From contig JAITNR010000253.1 of the NCBI GenBank assembly GCA_031290375.1, positions 1 to 38,145 on the forward strand: a stretch of 38,145 nt of DNA. Reading direction: 5' to 3'. Below the pieces are notes generated by a model. That model was not told the origin of the DNA, ran no database searches, and saw nothing but the letters and a program-made list of their open reading frames with translations. A program made the position numbers and the translations under genes. The stretch is from Prevotellaceae bacterium (GTDB lineage: Bacteria; Bacteroidota; Bacteroidia; Bacteroidales; Paludibacteraceae). Shown one piece after another: positions 10,261 through 20,664 of the stretch (the first letter of the stretch is position 1; every line of letters starts with the position of its first letter).

Positions 10261-10630
10261 TTTTGTTTCATTCCGGTAGAAAGTTACCGCGATGAGAGGT
10301 GCAGAGTTTTGCACAGAACGCTGCTCAATGTTGGTTTTATCCGGGATTTGGTTGATATTGACCGGCTTAACCGAATCCGTCGTATCCTCTGCAACCGCTA
10401 TGAGGCGGCATTGGGCAATCCGCAACTCTTTGAGATAGAAAGAGACAAGTCGTAAATTGTCAATGATTTGGCAGATAAGTTTTGGAATGAACTTGTTGAA
10501 AAAAAAACGCATAGATATCGGTCAAAAGCCCGAAAAAGAACCCACGGTGAGACAGCGGAGTATGGTTTTTAGTGCAATTAGCCATCACACAAATCATCTT
10601 TCCTGCCTGATGGATTGCAATGTGGGTTAA
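10261..10630 (+). mobile_element. Decayed IS1634-like transposase remnant (N-terminal fragment plus putative right end)
   Basis: Reconstructed VESYRDERCRVLHRTLLNVGFIRDLVDIDRLNRIRRIL...QLFEIERDKS*IVNDLADKFWNELVEKK/RIDIGQKPEKE, with a stop at 10453-10455 and a frameshift in the A9 run 10499-10507. Resembles the VESYR..RV.HRT.LNVGF start of Bacteroidota IS1634-type transposases (recalled similarity). Confidence 0.6.
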
Positions 10631-10670
10631 CCGAAATATTGCGTATTTATCAAACATAAAAAATATTTTG

Positions 10671-10678
10671 TACCTTTG
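10671..10678 (+). promoter_or_regulatory. -7 element (TACCTTTG) for the YfhO-like gene
   Basis: Matches TAnnTTTG, 147 nt upstream of ATG 10826. Confidence 0.6.
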
Positions 10679-10825
10679 CATATTAAAAATTGAACTCCTG
10701 CGGAGTTATGTGCAGGAGGAGTTTGCTGCCTCAAGTTGCATTTAAAGTTGTGCATATTAAGGTCTTCACGAGTTTTTGGTTATATTATTTATTAATCATA
10801 AATTGTTAATTGTTTAAAAATTTGT

Positions 10826-13264
10826 ATGAAAAAAGAGAATCTAAAAAAATTTGCACCTCACATTTCGGCAGTTGTATTGTTTTTTGTGCTGTCAATAGTG
10901 TTTTTTTATCCTGTCGTATTGGAAAACAAGGAATTGCCACAGCCGGACATAAAAAGTGGCAAGGCTTGGGGCAACGACCTACGCAATTATCACCAAAAAA
11001 CAGGCGACTATGCCCACTGGTCAAACGCAATGTTCAGCGGAATGCCGCATAATTACACGTATTCTCCTCCAACTACCAACGTTTTTAGTAAAATAGGTAA
11101 AACTTTAACCCTCAATAGCGGAAATAACTATGGACTGCTTTTTATCTATATGCTTGGTTTTTATATACTTTTGCTGGTTTTGGGCTGTAATTCCTGGTTG
11201 AGTGTCATAGGGGCGATTGCTTATGCCTTTTGTTCATACAACCTGATTATCATAGAGGCGGGGCATGTTCTCAAAGGGCTTGTTATGGCTACGATGGCAC
11301 CAATTATTGCAGGTATAATTCTCTGTTACAGAGGCAAATATCTTTGGGGAGCAATTCTAACCCTGCTCTTTACAGGACTGAACATAATGTGGTCTCATCA
11401 ACAGATAACTTTCTACCTGCTTTTGGTAATCGTAATAATGGCAGTAGTTTATTTGGTGTATGCAATTAGGAATCACACACTTACTCAATATTTCAAAGCC
11501 TCTTTGATACTGATAGTGGTGGCAATGCTGGCTATTGCGCCATCGCTTGGCAAACTGTTGCCAACTATGGACTACAGCAAAGAAACGATGAGGGGTGGAT
11601 CGGTTTTGAAAAGTACTCCTGACGGCAAAAAAGAGAGTTCTGGCTTGGATTTGGACTACGCCTATCAATGGAGTTACGGCAAAGCGGAAACTTTTACCCT
11701 GCTTATTCCTAACTTTGCAGGGGCGAGTTCCATGTACGATGTTGGCTACAAGTCCGAAACATACAAGGCAGCACTTCCCACAGGACAGGCAGCGCAAATT
11801 TCCAAGCAAGCCCCGATGTATTGGAGAGACAATGAATATAAATCCTTTACTTCGGGACCTGTTTATGCAGGAGCGATCATCTGTTTTTTGTTCATTTTGG
11901 GCTTGTTTGCAGTAAAAGGTCAGGAAAAATGGTGGCTTCTCGGCTCAACACTGCTGTCGCTAATTTTGGCGTGGGGTAGAAATCTGTATGGCATCAATGA
12001 TTTTCTGTTTCATCACCTGCCGCTCTATAACAAGTTCAGAACGCCCGAAATGGCTCTTGTAATAGCAAATATGGCAATGGCTGTCCTTGCCATTTTGGCT
12101 GTCAAGGCTATTATTGAAAATTACAAACAAAATTCGGAAAAATATTTAAAGGCTATTTATATCTCGGCGGGAATTACGGGGGGCTTATGTCTGTTTTTTG
12201 CACTTTTCGGCGGTAGCTTGTTTGATTTTTCATCGAATGCGGACAAAAATTTCCCCGATTGGCTTGTAAATGCTTTTGTAGCCGACAGGAAATCAATGCT
12301 TTTGACAGATGCTTGGCGTTCGCTTGGCTTTATTGTGGTGGCAGCAGGTTTGTTGTGGTTTTACATTAAAAAACCGTTCAAACTAAATTATCTGCTCGCT
12401 GTTTTGGGAGTGCTAATTTTCACTGATTTATGGACTGTTGATAGAAGATTTATCAATGAGGACAAATTTGTTCCCAAATCCACAGTTAGTGAATTTGTCC
12501 CAACTGAGGCAGATAAATTTATATTGCGAGATAAAGATTTGAGTTTCAGAGTGTTAAATCTCACCGCAAGCACGTTTAACGAGTCAACTACTTCATATTT
12601 TCACAAGTCAATTGGCGGTTACAGTCCTGCAAAATTGCGCAGGTATCAGGATATTATTGATTACTATTTTTCAAAGCAGATCAATATGAATATTCTGAAT
12701 ATGCTCAACACCAAGTATGTGATTGTTAAAACCCAACAGGGAACAGAGCCACAGCAAAATCTCGCTGCTTTGGGCAATGCCTGGTTTGTGGATTCAATAA
12801 AATGGGTTGATTTGCCTGACGATGAAATTCTCGAAATAGGCAAGATTAATCTGCAAACTACCGCTGTAATCGACAGGGTTTGGAAGGACAAGGTTTCGGT
12901 TCAGAACCATTTTGTTCCCCTTGACACTGTCAATACAATAAAGTTAATCGACTGTGCCGATCCGGGGCATCTGTTTTACGAAAGTGAGTCTGACTGTGAG
13001 AACTTTGCTGTATTTTCGGAAGTATTTTACAAGACGTGGCATGCCTATATTGATGGCGAACAAGTGCCGATTGTCAGGGCAAATTACATACTTCGCGGAC
13101 TGCAAATTCCAGCAGGCAAGCATAGTATCGAATTCAAATGTGTTGATGATGTTTTTATAAAGAGTAAAAAAATATCCTTTGCCTCGTCAATAATTGTCGG
13201 CATAGTGCTTTTGGGATTGTTCGGTTTTGCTGTTTTTCAGGGAATAAGAAGGAAGAGGACGTAG
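10826..13264 (+). CDS. YfhO family membrane protein (putative GT-C glycosyltransferase)
   Basis: WSNAMFSGMP, TMRGG, YQWSYG, LPLYNKFR, SIGGYSPAKLRRYQD, ALGNAWFV, RANYILRGL; many TM segments. Confidence 0.9.
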   Translation: MKKENLKKFAPHISAVVLFFVLSIVFFYPVVLENKELPQPDIKSGKAWGNDLRNYHQKTGDYAHWSNAMFSGMPHNYTYSPPTTNVFSKIGKTLTLNSGNNYGLLFIYMLGFYILLLVLGCNSWLSVIGAIAYAFCSYNLIIIEAGHVLKGLVMATMAPIIAGIILCYRGKYLWGAILTLLFTGLNIMWSHQQITFYLLLVIVIMAVVYLVYAIRNHTLTQYFKASLILIVVAMLAIAPSLGKLLPTMDYSKETMRGGSVLKSTPDGKKESSGLDLDYAYQWSYGKAETFTLLIPNFAGASSMYDVGYKSETYKAALPTGQAAQISKQAPMYWRDNEYKSFTSGPVYAGAIICFLFILGLFAVKGQEKWWLLGSTLLSLILAWGRNLYGINDFLFHHLPLYNKFRTPEMALVIANMAMAVLAILAVKAIIENYKQNSEKYLKAIYISAGITGGLCLFFALFGGSLFDFSSNADKNFPDWLVNAFVADRKSMLLTDAWRSLGFIVVAAGLLWFYIKKPFKLNYLLAVLGVLIFTDLWTVDRRFINEDKFVPKSTVSEFVPTEADKFILRDKDLSFRVLNLTASTFNESTTSYFHKSIGGYSPAKLRRYQDIIDYYFSKQINMNILNMLNTKYVIVKTQQGTEPQQNLAALGNAWFVDSIKWVDLPDDEILEIGKINLQTTAVIDRVWKDKVSVQNHFVPLDTVNTIKLIDCADPGHLFYESESDCENFAVFSEVFYKTWHAYIDGEQVPIVRANYILRGLQIPAGKHSIEFKCVDDVFIKSKKISFASSIIVGIVLLGLFGFAVFQGIRRKRT

Positions 13265-13340
13265 GTTAATGTTATTCGACTTAGTATCAATATGTTGCAA
13301 ATATTTAACAATTATTTTGATAAAAAAATGTTTTTTATCT

Positions 13341-13370
13341 TTTGTAACTCAAAAAAAAGTTATAACTTTG
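13341..13370 (+). promoter_or_regulatory. Bacteroidota -33/-7 promoter of tRNA-Ser
   Basis: TTTG 13341-13344, 18-nt spacer, TAACTTTG 13363-13370. Confidence 0.7.
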
Positions 13371-13420
13371 TACCGAAAATTTTTTTCATATTAAATTGTT
13401 TTAAATTGTTTTGTTAATCC

Positions 13421-13507
13421 GGTGAGATGGGTGAGTGGCTGAAACCAACAGTTTGCTAAACTGTCGTACGGGAAACTGTACCGGGGGTTCGAATCCCCCT
13501 CTCACCG
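13421..13507 (+). tRNA. tRNA-Ser (anticodon GCT); CCA not encoded
   Basis: Acceptor stem GGTGAGA/TCTCACC plus discriminator G; D-loop GAGTGGCTGAA; anticodon arm ACAGT-TTGCTAA-ACTGT; long variable arm; T-loop GGTTCGAATCC. Confidence 0.97.
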
Positions 13508-13510
13508 CGA

Positions 13511-13546
13511 AAGTGCAGGGACGTATTGTTACGCTTCTGCATTTTT
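13511..13546 (+). terminator. Intrinsic terminator after tRNA-Ser
   Basis: AAGTGCAGGGACGTA-TTGT-TACGCTTCTGCATTTTT imperfect stem with a T tract. Confidence 0.65.
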
Positions 13547-13814
13547 GCTGAAAAAAATTGCAGGCTTGCAAGATATTTTTTGCAATAAAAATAAATAATG
13601 CGCTAATTACGGATTATACTTTACGCGGCATATTTTTGTGCATTGATATTCAAATTAGGAGAATAAGGCGGTAGAAATAAAGGAAGATTGAAGGGGAAAA
13701 ATAATAAATAATGCACTATATCAAAACAACAACAATAAATAATTACTCTTGCGTATTTTCATATTTTTTTGTACTTTTGCACTTCGTAATATATTAATAA
13801 CTAAAAATAAAATT

Positions 13815-14300
13815 ATGATGAGAAGAGTTTCTTTTATTGCGGTGATTTTGTGGGCGAGCGTGTCATTTGCCCAAAATGCAACAAACACAAAAAAGTATGA
13901 CACTATCAATGACTATTCCGGAGGTCTTGCCTGGGCAGAACTGAACGGTAAATGGGGGCTTATCGACTCGATAGGCAACGAGGTTATACCCTTGAAGTAT
14001 GACGAGGTAAAAAATTTTAACGAAGGATTCGCTCCTGTAAAATTAGATGGTAAATGGGGATATGTTACCAAAACCGGCAAAGAAATTACCTCTTTTAAGT
14101 ATGATGCCGCATATCCCTTTGTGGAAGAGCGTGCTATTGTGGAACTGGGCGAGAAAAGCGGATTTATAGACCCGACCGGTAAAGAGGTTATACCCTTGAT
14201 ATATGAAAGGGTATCCATTTTCAACAAGGGACGTGCCGCTGTGAAACTGGGCAGAACATTTTACGTTGACAAATACGGAAAAGAGATACCCAGACAATAG
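13815..14300 (+). CDS. Secreted WG-repeat protein
   Basis: Signal peptide ending SFAQ; repeats of GKWG.ID..G.EVIP.KYD....F.EG.A.V. Start placed at ATG 13815 after TACTTTTG 13772-13779. Confidence 0.9.
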   Translation: MMRRVSFIAVILWASVSFAQNATNTKKYDTINDYSGGLAWAELNGKWGLIDSIGNEVIPLKYDEVKNFNEGFAPVKLDGKWGYVTKTGKEITSFKYDAAYPFVEERAIVELGEKSGFIDPTGKEVIPLIYERVSIFNKGRAAVKLGRTFYVDKYGKEIPRQ

Positions 14301-14312
14301 CGCAGACAGTTG

Positions 14313-15563
14313 TTAAATTTTTATTGTCTGAAAAGTATTAATTAAATTTTCGTTGTAATGAGCGGATATACGGATATAATTTTCTGTAAATCCGCTCATT
14401 AAATTGTCCTTTTTTGTTGCTTCCCAAAGCACTGTGGCAGTTTTGCCTTTTTGACTTTGGTAAAACTCTGCAAGTTTTTTTTCGGACAGTTGGTGCAAAA
14501 TATCGCTTCTGAGTTTGCGTTCCTTTGGGGCTATAATCGGCTCAATATCAATTGCCTTTGTGCCTGCGCGCTCGGAATAGGTAAAGACGTGCAGTTGCGA
14601 AAATGGCACAATGTTCAGAAAGTCAACGGTTTGTTCAAAAAAGTCTTCTGTTTCGCCCCGCATACCAGCCATCACATCTACGCCAATAAAGGCATCTGGC
14701 AGTAAAGACTTTATTTTAAGGGTTTTATCCAAAAAAAGTTCCCTGTTGTACCTCCGTTTCATTAGTTTTAACACCTCGTTGCAACCCGATTGCAAAGGAA
14801 TATGAAAATGAGGCGTAAAATGCTGAGAATTAGCCATAAATTCAATAATTTTATCAGTCAAAAGATTTGGCTCAATGGAAGAAATTCTAAATCTTACTTC
14901 TGCATAAACTTCGTCAATTCTTTTAATTAAATCTAAAAAATTTTCGTCAGAATTTTTCCCAAAATCGCCGATGTTTATGCCTGTCAGTACAATTTCTTTT
15001 GCTCCTTCGGCAACGGCTTGTTGTATCACGGCAAAGGTATCAGCCACCGAACTGCTACGGCTCGCCCCTCGTGCGTGTGGAATAGTGCAATAGGTGCAAT
15101 GGTAGTCGCAGCCGTCCTGCACTTTGAGAAAGTGCCTTGTTCTGTCGTCTGCCGAATATATTGGCTGAAAATCAACGATTTGGTTCGTTGGCTCAACTCG
15201 AATTTTGCCATACAACTGCTTTTGCTCAATTTGTTGTAGAATTTCGGCAATTTCAAACTTTTGGTTTGAGCCGACAACCAAATCAACACCCTCTATTTCA
15301 GATATTTCCTGCGGTTTGAGTTGTGCATAGCAACCCGTAACCACCACAAAGGCATTCGGGTGATTTTTTGTGAAACGATGTATCGCCTGACGGCATTTCC
15401 TGTCGGCTGTGTCGGTAACCGAGCAAGTGTTGATAACACAAATATCAGCCTGCTCACCGCTGTTTGCACGACAAAAACCACGTTCAATCAACTCTCTGCT
15501 GATAGATGAGGTTTCCGCAAAATTCAACTTACAACCCAATGTATGAAATACTATTTTTTTCAT
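14313..15563 (-). CDS. mtaB: tRNA t6A37 methylthiotransferase
   Basis: TLGCKLNFAET, INTCSVT, VTGCYAQ, radical SAM motif LKVQDGCDYHCTYC. Confidence 0.95.
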   Translation of the reverse strand: MKKIVFHTLGCKLNFAETSSISRELIERGFCRANSGEQADICVINTCSVTDTADRKCRQAIHRFTKNHPNAFVVVTGCYAQLKPQEISEIEGVDLVVGSNQKFEIAEILQQIEQKQLYGKIRVEPTNQIVDFQPIYSADDRTRHFLKVQDGCDYHCTYCTIPHARGASRSSSVADTFAVIQQAVAEGAKEIVLTGINIGDFGKNSDENFLDLIKRIDEVYAEVRFRISSIEPNLLTDKIIEFMANSQHFTPHFHIPLQSGCNEVLKLMKRRYNRELFLDKTLKIKSLLPDAFIGVDVMAGMRGETEDFFEQTVDFLNIVPFSQLHVFTYSERAGTKAIDIEPIIAPKERKLRSDILHQLSEKKLAEFYQSQKGKTATVLWEATKKDNLMSGFTENYIRISAHYNENLINTFQTIKI

Positions 15564-15610
15564 TTTTCAAAAAATATCCATATCTTATCTAAAATCATAC
15601 CTTGTTTTGT

Positions 15611-16807
15611 TTAAAACGCCTCATTTACAGTTATGTAAAAGGCAAAATCCTTGTTGTAATTTTGTTTTGCCACATCAATTCTCAAGTTCGCCTTTGATTT
15701 GTTAAACTGTACTCTCAAGCCCACTCCATAAGCGATTTTGGGTGTTGTAAATTCCCATCTTTTGAGGCTATAGACATCGCCTATGCCGCAAAAAACTGAT
15801 GCTCTGAAAATTTTCCAAACAGGGATTCTCAATTCGGTTTGCATGGTAGCCATCACGTCGTCCCGCCAAACTTTTTCCCTGATACCTCGTAAAATATCAG
15901 TTCCGCCAATAGTAGAGAGCATTTGAAACGGTTTGTCCTGCCCTATCGTCCATTCCGAAATAAACTGATAGGCAAAGATAAACTCTTTGTAGAGCGTTAA
16001 ATATTGACGGAAATCAATTTGTGCCTTCATCATTCGATAGGAACTGCCCAAAATCGGTTCGTAGTGCGCAATAACACTTTTAAAAAACATCCCCTTGCTT
16101 GGATAAAAAAAATTGTTTCTCGAATCGTAGGACAAAACACCGCCGATACCTGCCATCAAGTAGTTGTCAAGCCCTTTGATAGCGTAGTGCTGTTCAAAAT
16201 TTTTGTCCAATCCTTTGATATTTTCCCACCGCAGAGCCATATTTAAACCCAAAATCCAATTGCCGAACACATACCGTTGAGGTTGCAAAGTCAGATAAAA
16301 ATTGTTTGAATTATAGGGAACAGGGGCTAAATTGTTGTTGGTGTCCAAAAGCAGATTTTCATACACATTGCCAACCCCGTAGAAATTATCAGGATAGTGC
16401 TTGTAACCGCCATTTGCGTACAGAAACCACTTTTGATTTTTGCCAAAATAGACAGTAGAAGTTATGTTAAAATTAAACTGTTTTTTGAGAGTATAAGCCG
16501 TGTTAAAGCCAATTACACCCGTTCTTCCTTCCTTTTTTTCCGTTTTTATATAGTACGCCCCTGCTACTCCAAAAGCCCATGAAGTTTCAGGTTGATAACT
16601 GACAAGTGGCGTTACAACAAAATTCCAATTAAGATTTCCGCTAAAAAGATTTTGAAAAAAAGTTGGAGCAACCTTGTCTTTTTCCTGTATAAAAAGGGTA
16701 TCCGAGTTTTGTTCGGAGATGTGTTCGGAAATCCCTTTTTGCGCAAATACAGAGGAAGAACAAAGAAACAAAATCACAGGGAAACAGAGAATTAAATACT
16801 TTTGCAT
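15611..16807 (-). CDS. Omp85 (BamA/TamA) family outer-membrane beta-barrel without POTRA domains
   Basis: Signal peptide, SYQPETSWAFG, YDSRNNFFYPSKG, LRG loop motif, C-terminal VNEAF. Confidence 0.8.
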   Translation of the reverse strand: MQKYLILCFPVILFLCSSSVFAQKGISEHISEQNSDTLFIQEKDKVAPTFFQNLFSGNLNWNFVVTPLVSYQPETSWAFGVAGAYYIKTEKKEGRTGVIGFNTAYTLKKQFNFNITSTVYFGKNQKWFLYANGGYKHYPDNFYGVGNVYENLLLDTNNNLAPVPYNSNNFYLTLQPQRYVFGNWILGLNMALRWENIKGLDKNFEQHYAIKGLDNYLMAGIGGVLSYDSRNNFFYPSKGMFFKSVIAHYEPILGSSYRMMKAQIDFRQYLTLYKEFIFAYQFISEWTIGQDKPFQMLSTIGGTDILRGIREKVWRDDVMATMQTELRIPVWKIFRASVFCGIGDVYSLKRWEFTTPKIAYGVGLRVQFNKSKANLRIDVAKQNYNKDFAFYITVNEAF

Positions 16808-16926
16808 TAGGACTGAAAATAGGTTACAAAGGTAATAATTTTAATTGACAATTGAGTTCAATTACGGATTATGAAATACAATGCAATATCATTACAAGGG
16901 TACCCAATCTAATAACTTTTCATCTT

Positions 16927-17784
16927 TTAAAAAACAACTATTTTCTTTATCAATCCCTGCAAGACATTGCCAGGTCCGAGTTCGATAAATTCCGTAGCAC
17001 CGTCTGTTGCCATATTTTTAATGGTCTGCGTCCAACACACCGGCGATGTGAGTTGTGCAATCAGATTTTGTTTGATATCTATGGGATTTCTATGCGGTTT
17101 TGCATCAACATTCTGGTAAATCGGACACAGAGGCTCTGCAAAAGTTGTTGCTTCGATAGCATTTTGCAGTTCCACCCGCGCCAACTCCATACAGGGCGAA
17201 TGAAAACCACCACCAACGGACAACATCAGAGCTCGTTTTGCGCCTGCCTCTTTGAGAGCAACGCAGGCATACTCCACCGCTTCAAAAGTACCCGAAATCA
17301 CAAGTTGTCCTGGACAATTATAGTTTGCAGGCACCACCACACCACATACATTTTGACAGATTTGTTCAACTTTTTCATCGTCCAAACCCAGAATAGCAGC
17401 CATCGTAGAAGGATTTGCTTCGCACGCCTTTTGCATTGCAAAAGCTCGCTGAGCCACAAGTTTTAGTCCGTTCTCAAACGACAAAGCCTTTGCTGCAACC
17501 AATGCCGAAAATTCGCCAAGTGAATGTCCCGCCACCATATCAGGCTGAAAATCAGCACAAAGAACCATAGCCGAAAGAACCGAATGCAAAAAAACAGCGG
17601 GCTGGGTAACCTTCGTCTGCTTCAACTCTTCATCTGTGCCATTGAACATTATATCGGTAATTCTAAAACCAAGTATTTGGTTCGCCTTTTCAAAATAATC
17701 CTTTGCCTGTAACGAATTTTGGTACAATTCCAATCCCATTCCCACAAATTGTGCTCCCTGTCCGGGAAATACATATGCTTTCAT
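16927..17784 (-). CDS. fabD: Malonyl-CoA:ACP transacylase
   Basis: FPGQGAQ, GHSLGE, ANYNCPGQLVISG, GGFHS. Start placed at ATG 17784. Confidence 0.97.
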   Translation of the reverse strand: MKAYVFPGQGAQFVGMGLELYQNSLQAKDYFEKANQILGFRITDIMFNGTDEELKQTKVTQPAVFLHSVLSAMVLCADFQPDMVAGHSLGEFSALVAAKALSFENGLKLVAQRAFAMQKACEANPSTMAAILGLDDEKVEQICQNVCGVVVPANYNCPGQLVISGTFEAVEYACVALKEAGAKRALMLSVGGGFHSPCMELARVELQNAIEATTFAEPLCPIYQNVDAKPHRNPIDIKQNLIAQLTSPVCWTQTIKNMATDGATEFIELGPGNVLQGLIKKIVVF

Positions 17785-17942
17785 ATTCAATATTTTGATT
17801 AAATTTAACACATTTTTTTTCTATTACAAAAGTACAAAAATAATTCTCAAATTTTCATCATCAATTCTCAATTAATTTATCCTCTATCTTTTAGTATATG
17901 ACAAAAAAATTTCAGGATCAAGTACAAAATATTCAACAACTG

Positions 17943-18860
17943 CTAAATATCAAACTTTTTCCCCTGAAAACTACCATTTTCACGCATTTTCTTTTCCAAT
18001 TTGTGAACAAATTCAAAATTTTTCAAACCCCAATTTGGTGCAATCAACCATTCATACGGCGATTGAGATACAAACCTTTCAAGAGTAATATTTGGATCTA
18101 ATCGTTCAATAAATTCTATTAACAAATTAATATATTCCTCTAAATCAAATAGTTGAAATTTTTCAGGCTCTTTTTCAAACTCTTTTGCCATTAACGTGTT
18201 CTTAACTATCTGTAACTGATGAAGTTTAAGCACATTAATGGGCAACTTGGAAATTGTGACGGCACTTGAAAGCATTTTTCGTCTATCTTGGTATGGCAAC
18301 CCCAAAATCAGATGTGCCCCAACAGCAATTTTACGTTTGGCAGTCTCGTTGATAGCCCAAACGGATGTGTCAAAAGTATGCCCTCTGTTTATTTGTTTAA
18401 GTGTTTCATTATCAGTTGATTCTACACCATATTCAATCAAAATATAATATTTCTTTGCCAAAAATGACAAATAATCTAAAATCTGTTCATCAACACAGTC
18501 GGGGCGTGTAGCAATAGATAATCCAACAACTTTCGGGTGAGAAAGAGCCTGCTCATACTTTGTTTGCAACTCTTGTAAAGTTCCATAAGTGTTTGTATAG
18601 CTCTGAAAATAAGCGATATAAATTTGTGCCTCGTATTTTTTAAAAAACTCGACTCCCTTGCCTATTTGCTCTAATACAGATAGTTCACTGTTGCAATATT
18701 CGGGTAAAAAACTTTGATTATTGCAGTAGGTACAGCCTCCACTCCCCTTGCTTCCGTCCCGATTAGGACAGGTAAAGCCTCCATTGACCGAGATTTTTTG
18801 CACTCGTTGTCCAAATTTTTGTCTTAAAAAATCCGAATAATTGTTGTATAATTTTGACAT
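17943..18860 (-). CDS. TIGR01212 (YhcC/YtqA-like) radical SAM protein
   Basis: GFTCPNRDG..G.GGCTYC, YFQSYTNTY, IATRPDC, LKLHQL. Start placed at ATG 18860. Confidence 0.92.
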   Translation of the reverse strand: MSKLYNNYSDFLRQKFGQRVQKISVNGGFTCPNRDGSKGSGGCTYCNNQSFLPEYCNSELSVLEQIGKGVEFFKKYEAQIYIAYFQSYTNTYGTLQELQTKYEQALSHPKVVGLSIATRPDCVDEQILDYLSFLAKKYYILIEYGVESTDNETLKQINRGHTFDTSVWAINETAKRKIAVGAHLILGLPYQDRRKMLSSAVTISKLPINVLKLHQLQIVKNTLMAKEFEKEPEKFQLFDLEEYINLLIEFIERLDPNITLERFVSQSPYEWLIAPNWGLKNFEFVHKLEKKMRENGSFQGKKFDI

Positions 18861-18926
18861 TTTCTGAATATCTGACATACAGCGTAACAGGCAAGTCGTC
18901 CGATGAATGTTATGAAAACCTGAATA

Positions 18927-18955
18927 CAAATTTAGCAAAATTTTTACTAACTTTG
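18927..18955. promoter_or_regulatory. Overlapping divergent -7 elements (radical SAM gene on -, purH on +)
   Basis: CAAATTTA 18927-18934 (TAAATTTG on -) and TAACTTTG 18948-18955 on +. Confidence 0.55.
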
Positions 18956-19008
18956 AAAATATTTTTTTAATTTGTAATTTCTATTTTTTTAAATTTAATT
19001 GATTATAA

Positions 19009-20538
19009 ATGAGAGCATTAATCAGCGTTAGCGACAAAACAGGAGTAGTGGATTTTGTAAAACAGTTAAAAGCTCTGGGGTGGGATATTATCGCAACAGG
19101 GGGGACTATGAAACTGTTACAAGACAATGATATTCAAGTAATTAACATAAGTAAAATTACAGATTTCCCCGAAATTTGCGATGGGCGTGTAAAAACCCTG
19201 CACCCGAAAGTTCATGGTGGCTTGCTTGCCCGCAGAGACAATCCAGAACATCTTAAAGCATTGAAAGATAACGCAATAGATTTTATTGATATGGTTTGTG
19301 TAAATCTTTATCCGTTTTCACAAACTATTGAAAAAAAAGATGTTACAATAGAGGAGGCGATTGAGAATATTGATATTGGAGGACCTTCAATGTTGCGTTC
19401 GGCAGCGAAAAACTACAGTGATGTTACTGTTGTATGCAATACTGAGGATTATCAAATTATTTTGGACGAAATTCGCAAATTTGGCAATACAATGCCCAAT
19501 ACACGTCTGCAACTCAGTGCAAAAGCATATACGCACACCGCCGAATATGATATGAAAATTGCAACTTTTATACGGGAAAAAGCCGGTTTAAGCGAGAAAC
19601 TTTTTTTGGAATTTGATTTGTTGCAGTCCCTGCGTTATGGCGAAAATCCACATCAAAATGCAAAATTTTACAGGCAAAATAATTATATGCCGTTTTCACT
19701 CGCTTTTGCTAAGCAGTTGAATGGCAAAGAATTAAGTTACAATAATATTCAAGACGCAAATGCAGCTTTGGCAATGGTTAGGGAATTTGATGAGCCGTTT
19801 TGTGTCGGAGTAAAGCATATGAATCCTTGCGGTGCGGCTATTGGCAAAAATATTGTCGAGTGTTGGACAAAAGCATATAATGCTGATACTGTAAGCATTT
19901 TTGGTGGCATCGTAGCCACAAATCAGCAAATTACAGCAGAAGTAGCAGAATTGATGAAACATGTTTTTCTTGAAATAATCATTGCCTCAAGTTTCTCGGT
20001 GGAGGCTCTCGCAATCCTTTCTACAAAGAAAAATCTAAGGCTTATACAGGTTGATATGACAAAAAATGCTGAAACCCAGCCACAATTATTGAGTGTTATA
20101 GGTGGTTTGCTCATGCAAGACATTGATTTACAGACTAAAAAAGTTGTTGCTGAAATGTGCGTTACCGACATCAAACCTACCTGCGAGCAGCTTAAAGATC
20201 TGAACTTTGGCTTGAAAATAGTGAAACATATCAAATCCAACGCCATTGCAGTGGTAAAAAACGGCGTTACTCTCGGTATCGGTGCGGGGCAAATGAACAG
20301 AATCCATTCTGCCGAGATCGCCATGAAACAGGCACATTCAAACGGACAAACTAACGATTTAATACTTGCCTCAGATGCATTCTTCCCGTTTGACGACTGC
20401 GTAGAACTTGCCGCGCAAATGGGTGTTACTGCCATTGTGCAACCCGGTGGCAGTGTAAGAGACGAAGAGTCAATCAAAAAAGCCAACGAAAAGAAAATCA
20501 CGATGCTATTAACAGGAATGAGGCATTTTAAACATTAG
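19009..20538 (+). CDS. purH: Bifunctional AICAR transformylase / IMP cyclohydrolase
   Basis: ALISVSDKTG, GRVKTLHP, IDIGGPSM, LRYGENPHQ, KHMNPCG, ASDAFFPF, RHFKH. Confidence 0.98.
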   Translation: MRALISVSDKTGVVDFVKQLKALGWDIIATGGTMKLLQDNDIQVINISKITDFPEICDGRVKTLHPKVHGGLLARRDNPEHLKALKDNAIDFIDMVCVNLYPFSQTIEKKDVTIEEAIENIDIGGPSMLRSAAKNYSDVTVVCNTEDYQIILDEIRKFGNTMPNTRLQLSAKAYTHTAEYDMKIATFIREKAGLSEKLFLEFDLLQSLRYGENPHQNAKFYRQNNYMPFSLAFAKQLNGKELSYNNIQDANAALAMVREFDEPFCVGVKHMNPCGAAIGKNIVECWTKAYNADTVSIFGGIVATNQQITAEVAELMKHVFLEIIIASSFSVEALAILSTKKNLRLIQVDMTKNAETQPQLLSVIGGLLMQDIDLQTKKVVAEMCVTDIKPTCEQLKDLNFGLKIVKHIKSNAIAVVKNGVTLGIGAGQMNRIHSAEIAMKQAHSNGQTNDLILASDAFFPFDDCVELAAQMGVTAIVQPGGSVRDEESIKKANEKKITMLLTGMRHFKH

Positions 20539-20664
20539 GAAAATTTTTAATTTAATTTTCAATTAATTATGGTCATTACTGTCCAAACAATTTTAAAATA
20601 AAAAGTTCTCTGTAAAAGGTTACCTTTGTGGTGTTGAAACACAATAACCCACAAAGAACTTTTT

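Noticed and set aside
10213-10681. Minus-strand ORFs 10213-10512 and 10460-10681 as lepA leader genes
   Set aside because: Better explained as antisense of the IS relic; lepA has its own -7-like element at 10236-10243.
13421-14300. Genomic island integrated at tRNA-Ser
   Set aside because: No integrase and no duplicated tRNA 3' end were seen; housekeeping mtaB resumes after a single WG-repeat gene.
18861-19008. ZTP (pfl) riboswitch upstream of purH
   Set aside because: The conserved GACTGGCG...CGCCTGGGC elements are absent, and the predicted purH leader is only about 50 nt of AT-rich sequence.
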